Below are positions 1-11,492 of a stretch of DNA of 64,000 bases, in pieces. Origin of the DNA: Octopus sinensis (lineage: Eukaryota); the NCBI RefSeq assembly GCF_006345805.1, contig NC_043012.1, positions 3,782,001-3,846,000 of the forward strand, given 5' to 3'. A program made the position numbers and the translations under genes. Numbering within the stretch: the first letter of the stretch is position 1; every line of letters begins with the position of its first letter. Below the pieces are notes generated by a model. It was given only the letters and a program-made list of their open reading frames with translations. It did no database searches and was not told the DNA's origin.

Positions 1-196
1 GGCAAACAAGGACAGACAAACAGATTAAGTCGATTATATCGACCCCCAGTGCATAACTGGTACTTATTTAAGCGATTCCGAAAGGATGAAAGCAAAGTCA
101 ACCTTGGCAGAATTTGAACTCAGACCATAGCGGCAGATGAAATACTGCTAAGCATTTCACCTGGTGTGCTAATGTTTCTGCCAGCTCGCCACCTTT
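1..196 (-). mobile_element. SINE family B copy (runs off window edge)
   Basis: Reverse complement of the recurrent unit AAAGGCGGCGAGCTGGCAGAA...GAGTTCAAATTCC...GCCTTTCATCCTTTCGGGGTCGATAAATTAAGTACCAG. The central block resembles the Meta-type SINE domain (recall). Confidence 0.85.
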
Positions 197-290
197 GTAC
201 GTTCGAGGTGTCGATGTTCACTGAGTCCTGCAATTCGCATCAGTTCACATGGATAGCCATGCTCTTCATCGACGAATGAGCCCCGTCCAC
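197..290 (-). pseudogene. 5.8S rRNA fragment
   Basis: Minus strand GGCTCATTCGTCGATGAAGAGC...GCGAATTGCAGGACTCAGTGAACATCGACACCTCGAACGTAC aligns to the conserved 5.8S core. Diverged, partial, no 18S/28S nearby. Confidence 0.85.
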
Positions 291-720
291 ACACTTTCTA
301 TCTTACCAAATCCACTCACATGGTAAAATATGATCTCCAAAAGACCGATAAGTAAGACAACACAGCTAATTTCATGATTTCGTTCACTAAGCTATACTAC
401 TTTATGGTGTGTATCTTAACATTTACTGTACGTATTTTAATATGATTTTATATGCTTTTATTCTTATTTATTGTACAGTAACATGATTTTATGTGCTTTT
501 AATGGTTTTCTAGTGATTTTTATGATTCCAATATTTGTGGCAGACAAACATAAAGTCAAGTAAAATGACTTAACCTGATTTTTATTTTTCCATATCTTAT
601 TTTTGAAAACTGACATAGAATTGAGAACGACTTAAATCGAAATGACTTAATCCAAGGTATACCTGTATTTTAAAACAAGGAGTTACTTTTCAATCACCCT
701 GTATGTGTGTGTGTGTATGT

Positions 721-1972
721 ATCATCATCATCATCATCATATTAGCGTCCGTTTTCCATGCTAGCATGGTTGGACGGTCAACTGGGGTCTGGGGAGCCCG
801 AAGCTGCCCAGCCAGTCAGATCTGGCAGTGTTTCTACAGCTGGATGCCCTTCCTAACGCCAACCACTCGAGAGTGTAGTGGGTGATTTTATGTGCCACGA
901 CACAGGTGCCAGACGAGGCTGGCGAACGGCCACGCTCGGATGGTTGTTTTTATGTGCACCGACACAGGTGCCAGACGAGGCTGGCAGACGGCCACGCTCG
1001 GATGGTGTTTTTATGTGCCACCGACACAGGTGCCAGATGAGGCTGGCGGACGGCCACGATCGGATGGTGTTTGTTACGTCCCCAAAGCACGGAGGCCAGT
1101 CTATGCGGTACTGGCTACGGCCACGTTCGGATGATTTTCTTGTGTGCCACCGGCACTGGTACCACAAAGATACAAATTCCATTTTGTTCATCTATTTTGA
1201 TTTGTTTTGATTTGATTTGATTTTCACTTGCCTCAACAGGTCTTCACAAGTGTCACTTGCCTCAACAGGTCTTCACAAGTGTCACAAGAAGGAAGGTATG
1301 CACAGGTGGACTGTCTGCGTCGCGGGTCTTCGGATGGTGTCTTTATGTGCCCCGACACAGGTGCCAGATGTGGCTGGCGAACGGCCACGATCGGATGGTT
1401 TTCTTGTGTGCCACCGGTACTGGAACCACAAAGATACAAATTCCATTGATGTTCATCTATTTGATTTGGTTTGATTTTCACTTGCCTCAACAGGTCTTCA
1501 CAAGTGTCACGCGTGTCACACACTTGCCTCAACAGGTCTCCACAAGTGTCACACACTTGCCTCTGCCTCAACAGGTCTTCACAAAGTGTCACACACTTGC
1601 CTCTGCCTCAACAGGTCTTCACAAGTGTCATAAGAGGGAAGGTATGCACAGGTGGACTGACTATGTCGCCGGGTCTTTGGATGGTGTTTTTATGTGCCAC
1701 CGACACAGGTGCCAGGTGAGGCTGGCGAACGGCCACGATCAGATGGTGTTTGTTGTGCCCACAGCACGGAGGCCAGTCGATGCGGTACCAGCTACGGCCA
1801 CTTCGGATGGTTTTCTTGTGTGCCACCGGTACTGGAACCACAAAGATACAAATTCCATTGATATTCATCTATTTTGATTTGGTTTGATTTTCACTTGCCT
1901 CAACAGGTCTTCACAAGTGTCACACACTTGCCTCAACAGGTCTTCACAAGTGTCATAAGAGGAAGGTATGCA
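721..1972 (-). repeat. RTE-type LINE 3'UTR with higher-order tandem amplification
   Basis: (CAT)n end at 721, about 60-nt subrepeats, eight copies of CTTGCCTCAACAGGTCTTCACAAGTG-like units and three roughly 300-350-nt blocks. Homologous to 13200-13790. Confidence 0.75.
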
Positions 1973-1974
1973 CA

Positions 1975-2075
1975 TATATATAATATATATGTGTGTATAT
2001 ATATATATAAATATATGTGTGTGTATATATATATATATATGTGTGTGTATATATATATATATATGTGTGTATATA

Positions 2076-2107
<32 letters not shown>

Positions 2108-2148
2108 GTGTATATATATATATATATATATGTGTATATATATATATA

Positions 2149-2187
<39 letters not shown>

Positions 2188-2290
2188 TATATATATATAT
2201 GTGTATATATATATATATATAAATATGTGTATATATATATATATATGTGGTGTGTGTATATATATATATATATGTACACACACACACATT
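1975..2290. repeat. Compound (TA)n/(TG)n microsatellite; similar tracts at 17010-17280, 29720-30140, 50567-50997, 56622-56703
   Basis: Directly visible dinucleotide runs. Confidence 0.95.
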
Positions 2291-2811
2291 TATGCATATT
2301 GATTGATTTACATCCACATCCAACAATATCGCGGTCGTTCGTGTGTCTTTGTAGCAAGATGTCTTGGCGGACCGACATGGACTTGTCGCTTCTCCCAGTC
2401 TTGGTCCAGTGGAACATTCAAAGACGGAGAAGATGACGGGGGGGGGGGGGGGGGCACCAACATTTGCTTCCAAATCGCAATTTTAGTATTCATCTAAATC
2501 ATATTCTCATATATTTGTCCGTTTGAATCTCTTCGCGTTTAAATAATAATAATAATAATGAAATCATTGTATTCTGTGCTCGAACGGGGCCAAATACTTG
2601 CTAGGGTCCCTGGTTGGCCCCTTTTGCTTAGAAACCGTTTTCAATCTTATTTTACGTTCGTCAACACAAAAGAACAAGTTTTTACCCTGGAAGGTGGTCT
2701 TAATTAATTAATTATTGTTAATCCCCCCCCCCATAAAATCCCTGAAACCAGAAAGGGGGGGGGGCGCAGTGCAAATTCTGTTTTTTTTTTTATATATATA
2801 TATATATATAT

Positions 2812-3008
2812 AACGGAAGGTTTACGAAAATAACAAAAGACGAAGGCAGGTGGAGTACAAACAAACAAATGTATTAGTATGGCGCTCAGGAATAGAAATA
2901 AAACAAGTCTTTTACGTTTCGAGCCTACGCTCTTCGACAGAAAGATACACAGAAAAGAAACAAGGAGAGAGAAAAATTGCGTGTAGGGGCTAACGATCCA
3001 ACATGGCG

Positions 3009-3010
<2 letters not shown>
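2812..3010 (-). mobile_element. Penelope-like pseudo-LTR fragment between (TA)n tracts; homologs at 31557-31710 (-) and 56945-57085 (+)
   Basis: Three copies share AAAAGACGAAG.CAGGTG...GAGCCTACGCTCTT-type blocks and a hammerhead-like motif. All adjoin (TA)n. Confidence 0.6.
2908..2945 (-). ncRNA. Minimal type-I hammerhead ribozyme-like motif, A6U core variant
   Basis: UCUUU-CUGUCGA-A-GAGC-guag-GCUC-GAAA-CGU-A|AAAGA: 5-bp stem I, 4-bp stem II, palindromic ACGU stem III. Confidence 0.6.
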
Positions 3011-3055
<45 letters not shown>

Positions 3056-3249
3056 CATCATTTAGTGTCTGCTTTTCATTCTGGCATGGGTTAGACAGTT
3101 TGACTGGAACTGATAAGCCAGAGAACTGTACCAGGTTCCAGTCTGGTTTTGGCTTGATTTCTACAGCTGGATGCCCTTCCTAATGCCACCCACTCCAAGA
3201 GTGTAGTGGGTGCTTTTACTTGTCACCAGCACCTAAAAGCACCCATGTC

Positions 3250-3293
<44 letters not shown>

Positions 3294-4804
3294 ACACACA
3301 TACAGAGTTGTATGTATACGCATTTATGTACACACACATGTAAACACACACAGTACTATAAGCTACCAGACTTGATTTGGCACTTGGAAAGCTATATTTC
3401 TTTGCCTAAAAGCTAATTTTTACATTCACTTCACATTTCAATAGCAAGAATTGAATTATTTCTGTCTTTTACCAAAATCTCATATTATATAATCAATAGC
3501 TTCCCCGCAGACGCACTCACTCACTCTCTCACCCTCTTTTGCTATTTCTCACCCTTTTTTTGCCCTCTCTCACCCTCTCACTCACATTTTCCCTTCCAAA
3601 TTTGATTAGTCTTGTCCTTTTTAATTCTACTTGATCGAAGGTCTGACTTGAAGAATCAATCAAATTCTTTAAATGATTTACTCTGAAGCAGTAAGCCAAT
3701 TGTTTCTCTATCAGATCTTGGCTTCTCTTTACTTTTATCATCATCATCATAGTTGTTATTGCTTTAACATAATATTCCCCTTCATTGCTCTTGAGACAAA
3801 GTTTTGATTTAATAAGCAATCACCAGTTGCAAATATCTTTTACATTGTCGGTTTTAGCTCTTTAATTTGATAAGAATCCTCTGTTTGTTGTTTTCTTTTA
3901 AACATCTCTTTATCTATTTCTGGAGGGAATTTTTTGTTTGTCTTTTTTATATCCGTTTTCTCTTTCCAATTTAATTTATTAATTACTTGTGGGTGGTGAA
4001 GTTATCTGTTACTATGAAACAGAGAAATAGATTTATTGCCACATATTTTGTTTTGTCCGCTCTCTCAGTGTAGGCATAGCTGTGTGGGTAAGAGGTTGAT
4101 CTCTCAACCACCAGGTTGCATGTTCAGTCCCACTGCACAGCACCTTAAGTGTTTTATGTCGTAGCCTTGGGTTGACCAATGTTTTGTGAGTGAAATTTGG
4201 TATAAGGAAACTGTACAGAAACCTGTTCTATATGTCTGTGTGGGTGGGTGTCTGGCTCTTAAAATGATGTGATGATGTGAAGTAATGCTTCATGAGACGC
4301 CAAACAGAAGCTGGTGCTTGTGTCATCAGGCAGAGACAGCAGGATCAGTGAGAGGAATATAAAGAATGCATCCGTCTTTTGTCTTTTACTTGTTTCAGCC
4401 ATTAGACTGTGGCCATGCTGGAGTACCACCTTGAAGAACCTTAATGAAATAAATCAACCCCAGGACTTATTCTTCAAAACCTGGTACTTTTTTTTTATCA
4501 GTATCTTTCACCGAACAGCTAGGTTACAGGGATGTAAATACACCAACACCAGTTGTCAAGCAGTGGCTGGGGGACAAACATACACATACATAACAGTCCT
4601 CTTTCAGTTTATGTGTGCTAAATCCATTCACAAGACTTAGGTCAGCCTGAGGGTATAGCAGAAGACACTTGCTCAACATGCCACACTGTGGGACTGAACT
4701 TGGAACCATGTGGTTGAGAAGGAAATCAAAAAAGGCTTGGCTGACAGTAGAAATTGTCACACAATTGAAGTAGATCATCAAACATCAAACATCATTTCCT
4801 TACT

Positions 4805-5189
4805 GTTTTATATTTTAGAGATGATCAATTATTTACATTATTTACACTGGACAGACATTGTCCTCATCTTGTTTGTTGTTACCACAAGGTTTCGGCTGAT
4901 TTACTCTCCAGCCTTCATCTGGTGTCCTGGTGGAATTTTGAACCCAACCCTGGTGTAATGGTTAAGAGCGTGGGCTACTAACCCCCAAAATTCCAAGTTC
5001 AATTCCAGGCAGTGCCTTGAATAAATAATAATAATAGTTATATCGGCAAAAATATACCTTAGGAATGAGAACCCAGGGTTGGGTTCAAAATTCTACCAGG
5101 ACACCTGATGAAGGCTGGTGAAAAAATCAACCGAAACATTGTGGTAACAACAAACAAGTTGAGGATACATATCCGTCCAATGTAAATAG
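4805..5189 (+). mobile_element. Non-autonomous Penelope-like/retrozyme-like element: inverted hammerhead-bearing arms around a tRNA-like head
   Basis: 13-bp direct repeat TCATTTCCTTACT at 4792-4804 and 5190-5202. Inverted arms 4839-4953 and 5073-5188. Centre has A-box-like TAATGGTTAAG and B-box-like GTTCAATTCC. CTGATGA...GAAAC at 5105-5137. Confidence 0.7.
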
Positions 5190-5209
5190 TCATTTCCTTA
5201 CTCCATCCC

Positions 5210-5650
5210 ATGGATTTGGGTGTAATTTCTGATATTATGGCCTGCTACGTTCTTTGAAGAAACAACTGGCCATGGTAACCATTTTAACGGGGACCTTTTG
5301 AAGAACTACTGTGCCATGGGGGTCATAGATAATGAAGTAACCGAGAACTGCGTGAACAGAAGTTGGAAGAAGCTATGTTGAATAGCATACCTTCATTTCT
5401 TGGAATTTTACAAAGAAATAGCACCTATAGTCATGACATAATTGAACCGGTCGGTGAGAGGAGAAAGCAATAGGTCAGTGCTAAACATTTGAAAGGGCTT
5501 CATAGAGTCTCGTGGTGAGACCTTATTTATTGAAGAGCTGCAGGACTTAGCACAGCAACGCATCCAAAATGAGCCTGAAATCCCCTGTTGTGGGGCCAGC
5601 AACACCAGAAAGAATTCTTACTGCTAAACTCCTCAATGAAAGCATTTGGA
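5210..5650 (+). pseudogene. Degraded Tigger/pogo-like transposase fragment
   Basis: Broken frames give ENCVNRSWKKLC and ESRGETLFIEELQDL, reminiscent of Tigger C-terminal motifs. Weak. Confidence 0.3.
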
Positions 5651-5756
5651 TTTTTCAGTCATTTGGCAATACTTATGACCTTTGTTTGTCTTAGTGCTAC
5701 TGTTAAAAATTGCCTGTCAAGCTTATAACTATAACTCTATGATATGATATACTCTT

Positions 5757-6068
5757 GAGACCCCCTTCGGTCATGACTGACCGTGGGATCGCACCTAGAA
5801 AGTTACCCTCCCAGGCACAAGTCCAAGCAAGGTTGTTTATGGAAGACCAGCAGTCGCCCAGGCATATCAGCCTCCCCTCTCCACGCCCCCAGTGTTATCC
5901 AAGGGAAAGGCAAAGGGGCCGATACAGCTTGGCACCTGTGACATCGCAACTCATTTCTACAGCTGAGTGAACTGGAGCAATGTGAAATAAAGTGTCTTGC
6001 TCAAGAACATAACACACAGCCTGGTCCAGGATTCGAACTCACAACCTCACGATTGTAAGCTTGAGCCA
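5757..6068 (-). mobile_element. SINE family D (tRNA-like head, CORE-like centre); second copy 35720-36053 (-)
   Basis: Two near-identical copies. Minus strand carries GAGTTCGAATCC B-box and TCTTGAGCAAGACACTT. Confidence 0.8.
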
Positions 6069-6070
6069 TG

Positions 6071-6409
6071 TATTGTTGTATTTGGGGATGGTCATGTTGC
6101 CAATTTAGCCAATAAAATCACATGCACTATATATTTGGTGTTCACTTACTTCAGCTTTATTTTATATTAATTGTATTTCAGCCAGAGTTCTTTCGTCACA
6201 CTTCTGTGACCTCACCAGTGGTCCTTTGCTTTCTTCTTTCTTTTTTGTGTCTCTCCTTCCTAACATGTGACACAGAAGTGTGACAAAAGAACTCTAGCCA
6301 AAATACAATTACTAAGAAAATAAAGTTGAAGCAAGTGAACACCAAATATACAGTGTGTGTGTTTTTATTGGCTGAATTGGCAACATGACCCTCCCCAAAT
6401 ACAACAATA
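6071..6409. mobile_element. Foldback element (arms 6071-6208 / 6271-6409)
   Basis: About 138-bp imperfect inverted repeat starting TATTGTTGTATTTGGGGATGG. Same termini as 21581-22149. Confidence 0.8.
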
Positions 6410-6464
6410 TCTGTTCCAACACATGAGTTCACTTCAAGAACCTTTCAAAACGAATATATATATA

Positions 6465-6498
<34 letters not shown>

Positions 6499-7310
6499 CA
6501 TAGCTTATAACATCCCATATAGCAGTGTTTCAATTAAAGCTGTGTTTTTAGGAATGTATCTGAAGTACTAACTTAGCTGTTATTTTAGTTATAGTTAAGT
6601 GTTTCGGTTTATTCCCTCTCCCTCCCTCCCTCTCTCTCTCTCCCTCCCTCTCTCTCTCTCCCTCCCTCCCTCTCTCTTTCTCTCTCTCTCTCATACTGAT
6701 TGAAAATTCATATTTCCAAACCAACCCCAATTGTAACAAAGGAAAAGTATTCAACCATAAAATGCTTAGTAATTAAATCAGGAAAATATCAGAGTAGTTA
6801 CATAACCATTCAACCCATGTCTGTATTAACAATAAAGTCATCAGGCAAGTGAAATAAGAAACCACAACCAATCAAAATAAAGAAGAAGAAAAAAAAAGAC
6901 TTTTGTTTGTGTTTATTAAGCAAACACGAAATGTGTTTGTAGTCTTAGATAAAACATATTACACGCTTCAGTGAACTAAACTTTAATAATGTAACAGACA
7001 CTCCTCACATTTTACAGATGATTGACTAGTGTTAAAAGATGTCAGATGCAAAATACCTACACTAATGATTGGTGCTAAATACCTGGATTGACAGGAGATA
7101 TCTCAACAGTTTCAGGTAGAAAAATAAAAATGGAAATGTGCGTTCTAATAATAATAATAATGATAATTTTGGCACGAGACCAGTGATTTTGAGTAGAGAA
7201 ATATGTTGGAAGGAATATTGCTAGGCATTTTCTCCAACATGCTAATTATTCTGCCACCTCATTACTCTAATAATAATAATAACAATACTACTACTAATGA
7301 TAATGATGAT

Positions 7311-7660
7311 AACGAGCACTCAGAGAGTGCAGACCGCCGCCAAGGCAACACCAACATCCTCTCAACGATTAGCCAGAGATGATTTTTAAAATGAGAATAT
7401 CTGAAATAAATTTGACTGCTTTCACAAACGAGAATACTAAAAATGAACTGGACTGCTCTCAAAAATTAAATAAATAATCCAGAATCCTTGTCTGGTATCA
7501 GATTGATCTCAAAATCTAATCAGTTTGTGCCAGTCACAAGACCAAACATTCCTGAAAGTTTCATCCAAATCCATCCAGCAGTTCTTGAGATATCTTGTCC
7601 ATGGACAAACAAACAAACACAACTAGAAACAATACTTCAGCTTTCGCTAAGGCAGAGGTA

Positions 7661-7662
<2 letters not shown>
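7311..7662 (+). mobile_element. Helentron/HINE-like non-autonomous element; a similar-type fragment at about 14585-14812
   Basis: (CAAA)n microsatellite near the 3' end and a decayed terminal hairpin ACTTCAGCTTTCGCTAAGGCAGAGGT. Architecture recalled from Helentron-associated elements. Confidence 0.4.
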
Positions 7663-7696
<34 letters not shown>

Positions 7697-9348
7697 TTAT
7701 GTGCTGTTTATTTTGATATGAGGTCACCATGTCATGGACATATGGTTGTGATGCATGTTCCTGGTGTGACATTATAAGATGGGTTGCCATGATAGCTATA
7801 TTAGGCTTCGTCCATTGTCCATACTGGCATGGGTTGGACAGTGTGATCAGAGCTGGCAAGCTGGGGAGCTATACCAAACTCCAGTCTGATCTGGCATCGT
7901 TTTTATGGCTGGATGCCCTTCCTAATGCCAACCACCTTACAGAGTGTGATGGGTGCTTTTTACGTGACACTGCACAAGCGCTTTTATGTGCTTCTGCACA
8001 GCTGCTTTAATGTGGTACCACATGGCTGCTTTAATGTGGCATCGCTTCGGTGCTTTTATGTGGCACCGCCATGAGGAACCAGTCTTAACACTTCTGCTGC
8101 AGAGTACAGACTGTTTATAATAATAATAATAATAATAATAATCTTTTCTACTATAGACACAAGGCCTGCAATTTTTGGGGGTGGGGCTAGTTGATTACAT
8201 TGATCCCAATATTTGACTGGTACTCATTTTATTGACCCTTTTAGTATATCTTAAGTCTACACTTTTTGATTTTTTTTATTAAGACTAAGTAGGTTGTGAC
8301 TTGAGGGTGTTTTGGCTGTTATTTTTAGCAGGCAGTGTATAGAGGCTCCCTTACTGGTTTTGTTATTGTTTTTGTTTAACACCCAGGTCAGCGCTGACCA
8401 GGCTAACCTATGACCAAATGCATTCCAGCTGTGATCATCCCATCCTTTTGTATTCAGACATAGTTTCCCTCGGATCACTTTATCCAGTACTTCCTTTAAA
8501 TCACAAACAGAAGGATGTAATTTGAGGGAGATTTGGTTGCTAGTTTGAGCAGTTCAATCAACCACATTAAGCTGTCTTTGTTGGCTCTTTGTTGTTGTTA
8601 AGCTCCAGGTCAGTCTTGACCAACTAGCCTTTGTTTTTTGTTGTGCTTCACTTTTTGCAGACACACCATATTCAAAACTCCCTAGTATATCTTTACTTTT
8701 TTAGAAACTGACTTTGTGGTATTGTGAAGGCACATGACTTAGTGGTTAGGGTTTTTAGCTCATCATCATTTGGTTGTGAGTTCAATTCCTGGTGATGTGT
8801 TGTGACCTTGAGCAAGACACTTTACTTCATGTTGTTCCAGTCCACACATCTGGCAAAAATGAGTAGTACCTGTAATTCAAAGGACCAGCCTTGTCACATC
8901 CTGTGTCACACTGAATCTCCCTGAGAATTACATTAAGGGTACACATGTCTGTAGAGTGCTCAGTGATTTGCACCTTAATTTCATGAGCAGGCTGTTCTGT
9001 TGTTCAGATTAACCGGAACCCTTGTCATTGTAACCAATGGTATGTGGTATTAGGTAAATGTGGCTGCTATTTTTAGCAGATTTAATAACCGCATGGAGGA
9101 GGCTCTTTGTTATTTCTTATATAGATACAAGGCCAGAAGTTTTGGTAGGCAATGAGTGGTTGGCTATATTGACTTTAGTATTTGGTATTTTGTTCATTGA
9201 GTGTGGAAGGGCGAAAGTCACCGTTGAAATGAATGGGATTTTAGATTAGAGTGTAAAGAGCTGTAACAAACACTGCAAGGCATCCTTCTGATGCTGTAAT
9301 GATTCTACCAATCAGTCCTTCTGTGGCTAATATAATAATTAAAAACAT

Positions 9349-9743
9349 AGGCGCAGGAGTGGCTGTGTGGTAAGTAGCTTGCTAACCAACCACATGGTTC
9401 CGGGTTCAGTCCCACTGCGTGGCATCTTGGGCAAGTGTCTTCTGCTATAGCCCTGGGCCGACCAATGCCTTGTGAGTGGATTTGGTAGACGGAAACTGAA
9501 AGAAGCCTGTCGTATATATATATATGTATGTGTGTTTGTATGTCTGTGTTTGTCCCCCCTAGCATTGCTTGACAACCGATGCTGGTGTGTTTACGTCCCC
9601 GTCACTTAGCGGTTCGGCAAAAGAGACCGATAGAATAAGTACTGGGCTTGCAAAACAATAAGTCCTGGGGTCGATTTGCTCGACTAAAGGCGGTGCTCCA
9701 GCATGGCCGCAGTCAAATGACTGAAACAAGTAAAAGAGAGAGT
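9349..9743 (+). mobile_element. SINE family A, full length (tRNA-like head, internal microsatellite, tail GGCGGTGCTCCAGCATGGCCGCAGTCAAATGACTGAAACAAGTAAAAG)
   Basis: Many copies: 16285-16696 (+), 11037-11492, 19325-19906, 36418-36757, 43310-43890, 53786-54178, 4380-4720, 10365-10750, 55440-55800 (-), plus partials. Confidence 0.9.
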
Positions 9744-9776
9744 ATAATGGCCACCTCCCCATTTGTATGCTTAAAG

Positions 9777-10125
9777 AGAATACTTGACATCAAGTGGCTG
9801 CAAAAGAGTCCAAAATGACAGAATTGAGACAACAACGGATGTCAACAGGATCAGAGACGAAATAAGATGCAGATTCTGGAACTGGATTGGACATGTCCTC
9901 AGACAAGGTTGAGAAAGCGATTGTATGGTAGAACAAAAGTGGGAGCCTGAGGGAGGAAAAGAACAGCAGGGCACCCTAAAACCACATGGCAAAGGACCAT
10001 TAATAAGGAAAGGAGACGAAAAGGGTGGAGAAACTATAATGAGACGCAAACAGTGCCAAGAAGCTGATTGGTGAGATCCTGTTGTGGCCTTATGCGTTTC
10101 ATGACATGGAGAGAAGTAACTAATG
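9777..10125 (+). pseudogene. RTE-type LINE ORF C-terminal relic
   Basis: Broken frames give RFWNWIGHVLRQ and GHPKTTWQR, typical RTE C-terminal motifs. Confidence 0.6.
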
Positions 10126-10560
10126 CAACAAAAGTCGATTCTGCCCACGATGCCCTTGACTACAAAGATTGGCTTTATGTCTTAGCAAACTAAATCAATA
10201 ATATTTTCTGCAAGATAAACCTTATACAAGTAAGTATACTTATTAGAAAACCAGTGTAATCTGTTCTGTCTTTTTAAGATGTCCTGCGGTGGGATATACA
10301 GATAATTACTGGAAAGATTAATTAAGAAAAAGATTATTCTGTTCTACTTTTTATCTTCCTTTTACTGTTTCCTTGTTTCAGTCATTGGACTGTGGCCATG
10401 CTGGGGCACTGCCTTGAAGGGGTTTTAGCCAAACAGATTTGCCCAAGTTCTTATTTTTAGCCTGGCAGTTATTCTGTCAGTCTTTTTTGCTGAATTGCTA
10501 AGTTACAAGAATATAAGCAAACCCACTCCGTTTATCAAGAGATGGGTGGGGTCTCTCTCA

Positions 10561-10596
<36 letters not shown>

Positions 10597-11036
10597 ACAG
10601 GCTTCCACACAGTTTCCATCTACCAGATTCACTCCCAAGGCATTGGTCAGCCAAGGTCTGTAGTTGAAGACACTTTCCAAAAGTATTATAGAGTGGGGTC
10701 AAACCTGAAATCACATGGCCATAGAATGAGCATCTTAACTATAGAGCTGTACCTATTAAATGATTTCTTTTTTTCAAACATGAGAGCAATGTCACAAATG
10801 TTTTGAGGTGTGATATGGTCAGTTACAGGAGGACCTGCAGAAGTCTTAAGCCCTGCTCTTTCTCCTCCGACTATTTTACTCAAAAAGCAACCTCTTTTGC
10901 TAATGAGAAACTAATATACATTACACAATCTCATTACTCTCTTTCTCTAAAATATAACTTTAAAAAAGAATTGTATTTATATGGGAAAACAATATTACAA
11001 GTGTTTACTGATTTGTATACAGTGAAAGAATTAATA

Positions 11037-11279
11037 TACTCTTTTACTCTCTTACTTGTTTCAGTCATTTGACTGCGGCCATGCTGGAGCACCGCCTTTA
11101 ATCGAGCAACTCGACCCCGGGACTTATTCTTTTGTAAGCCCAGTACTTATTCTATCGGTCTCTTTTGCCGAACCGCTAAGTAACGGGGACATAAACACAC
11201 CAGCATCAGTTGTCAAGCAATGCTAGGGGGACAAACACAGACACACAAACACACACGCACATACATATATATATATGTG

Positions 11280-11328
<49 letters not shown>

Positions 11329-11492
11329 GACAGGCTTCTTTCAGTTTCCGTCTACCAAATCCACTCACAAGGCTTTGGTCGGCCCGAGGCTATAGTAGAA
11401 GACACTTGTCCAAGGTGCCACGCAATGGGACTGAACCCGGAACCATGTGGTTGGTAAGCAAGCTACTTACCACACATCCACTCCTGCGCCTA
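11037..11492 (-). mobile_element. SINE family A, full length
   Basis: Reverse complement of 9349-9743 with a longer (TA)n centre. Confidence 0.9.

Noticed and set aside
1225-1960. Recurrent ~28-nt repeat resembling a CRISPR array
   Set aside because: Units are tandem or separated by repeated, not unique, spacers. Eukaryotic context, no cas genes, derived from an RTE 3'UTR.
1865-2473. Long YIYI/CVCV-rich ORFs (also near 17000, 29600-30300, 50400-51000, 56600)
   Set aside because: Translations of dinucleotide microsatellites.
2310-2640. CpG-rich patch as Homer promoter (also 59530-59770)
   Set aside because: No exon or motif support; may be young repeat fragments.
7018-7115. TTTACAG...CAG|GTAGA exon-like segment
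   Set aside because: 98 nt with early stops in all three frames and no other support.
9305-9762. Recurring ORFs such as [16 protein letters not shown]...[16 protein letters not shown] and [12 protein letters not shown]
   Set aside because: Chance translations of SINE and RTE-UTR copies.
10186-10229. GTAAGT donor at 10230 with nearby AGs
   Set aside because: Weak acceptor; the 44-nt version has an in-frame stop and frameshift.
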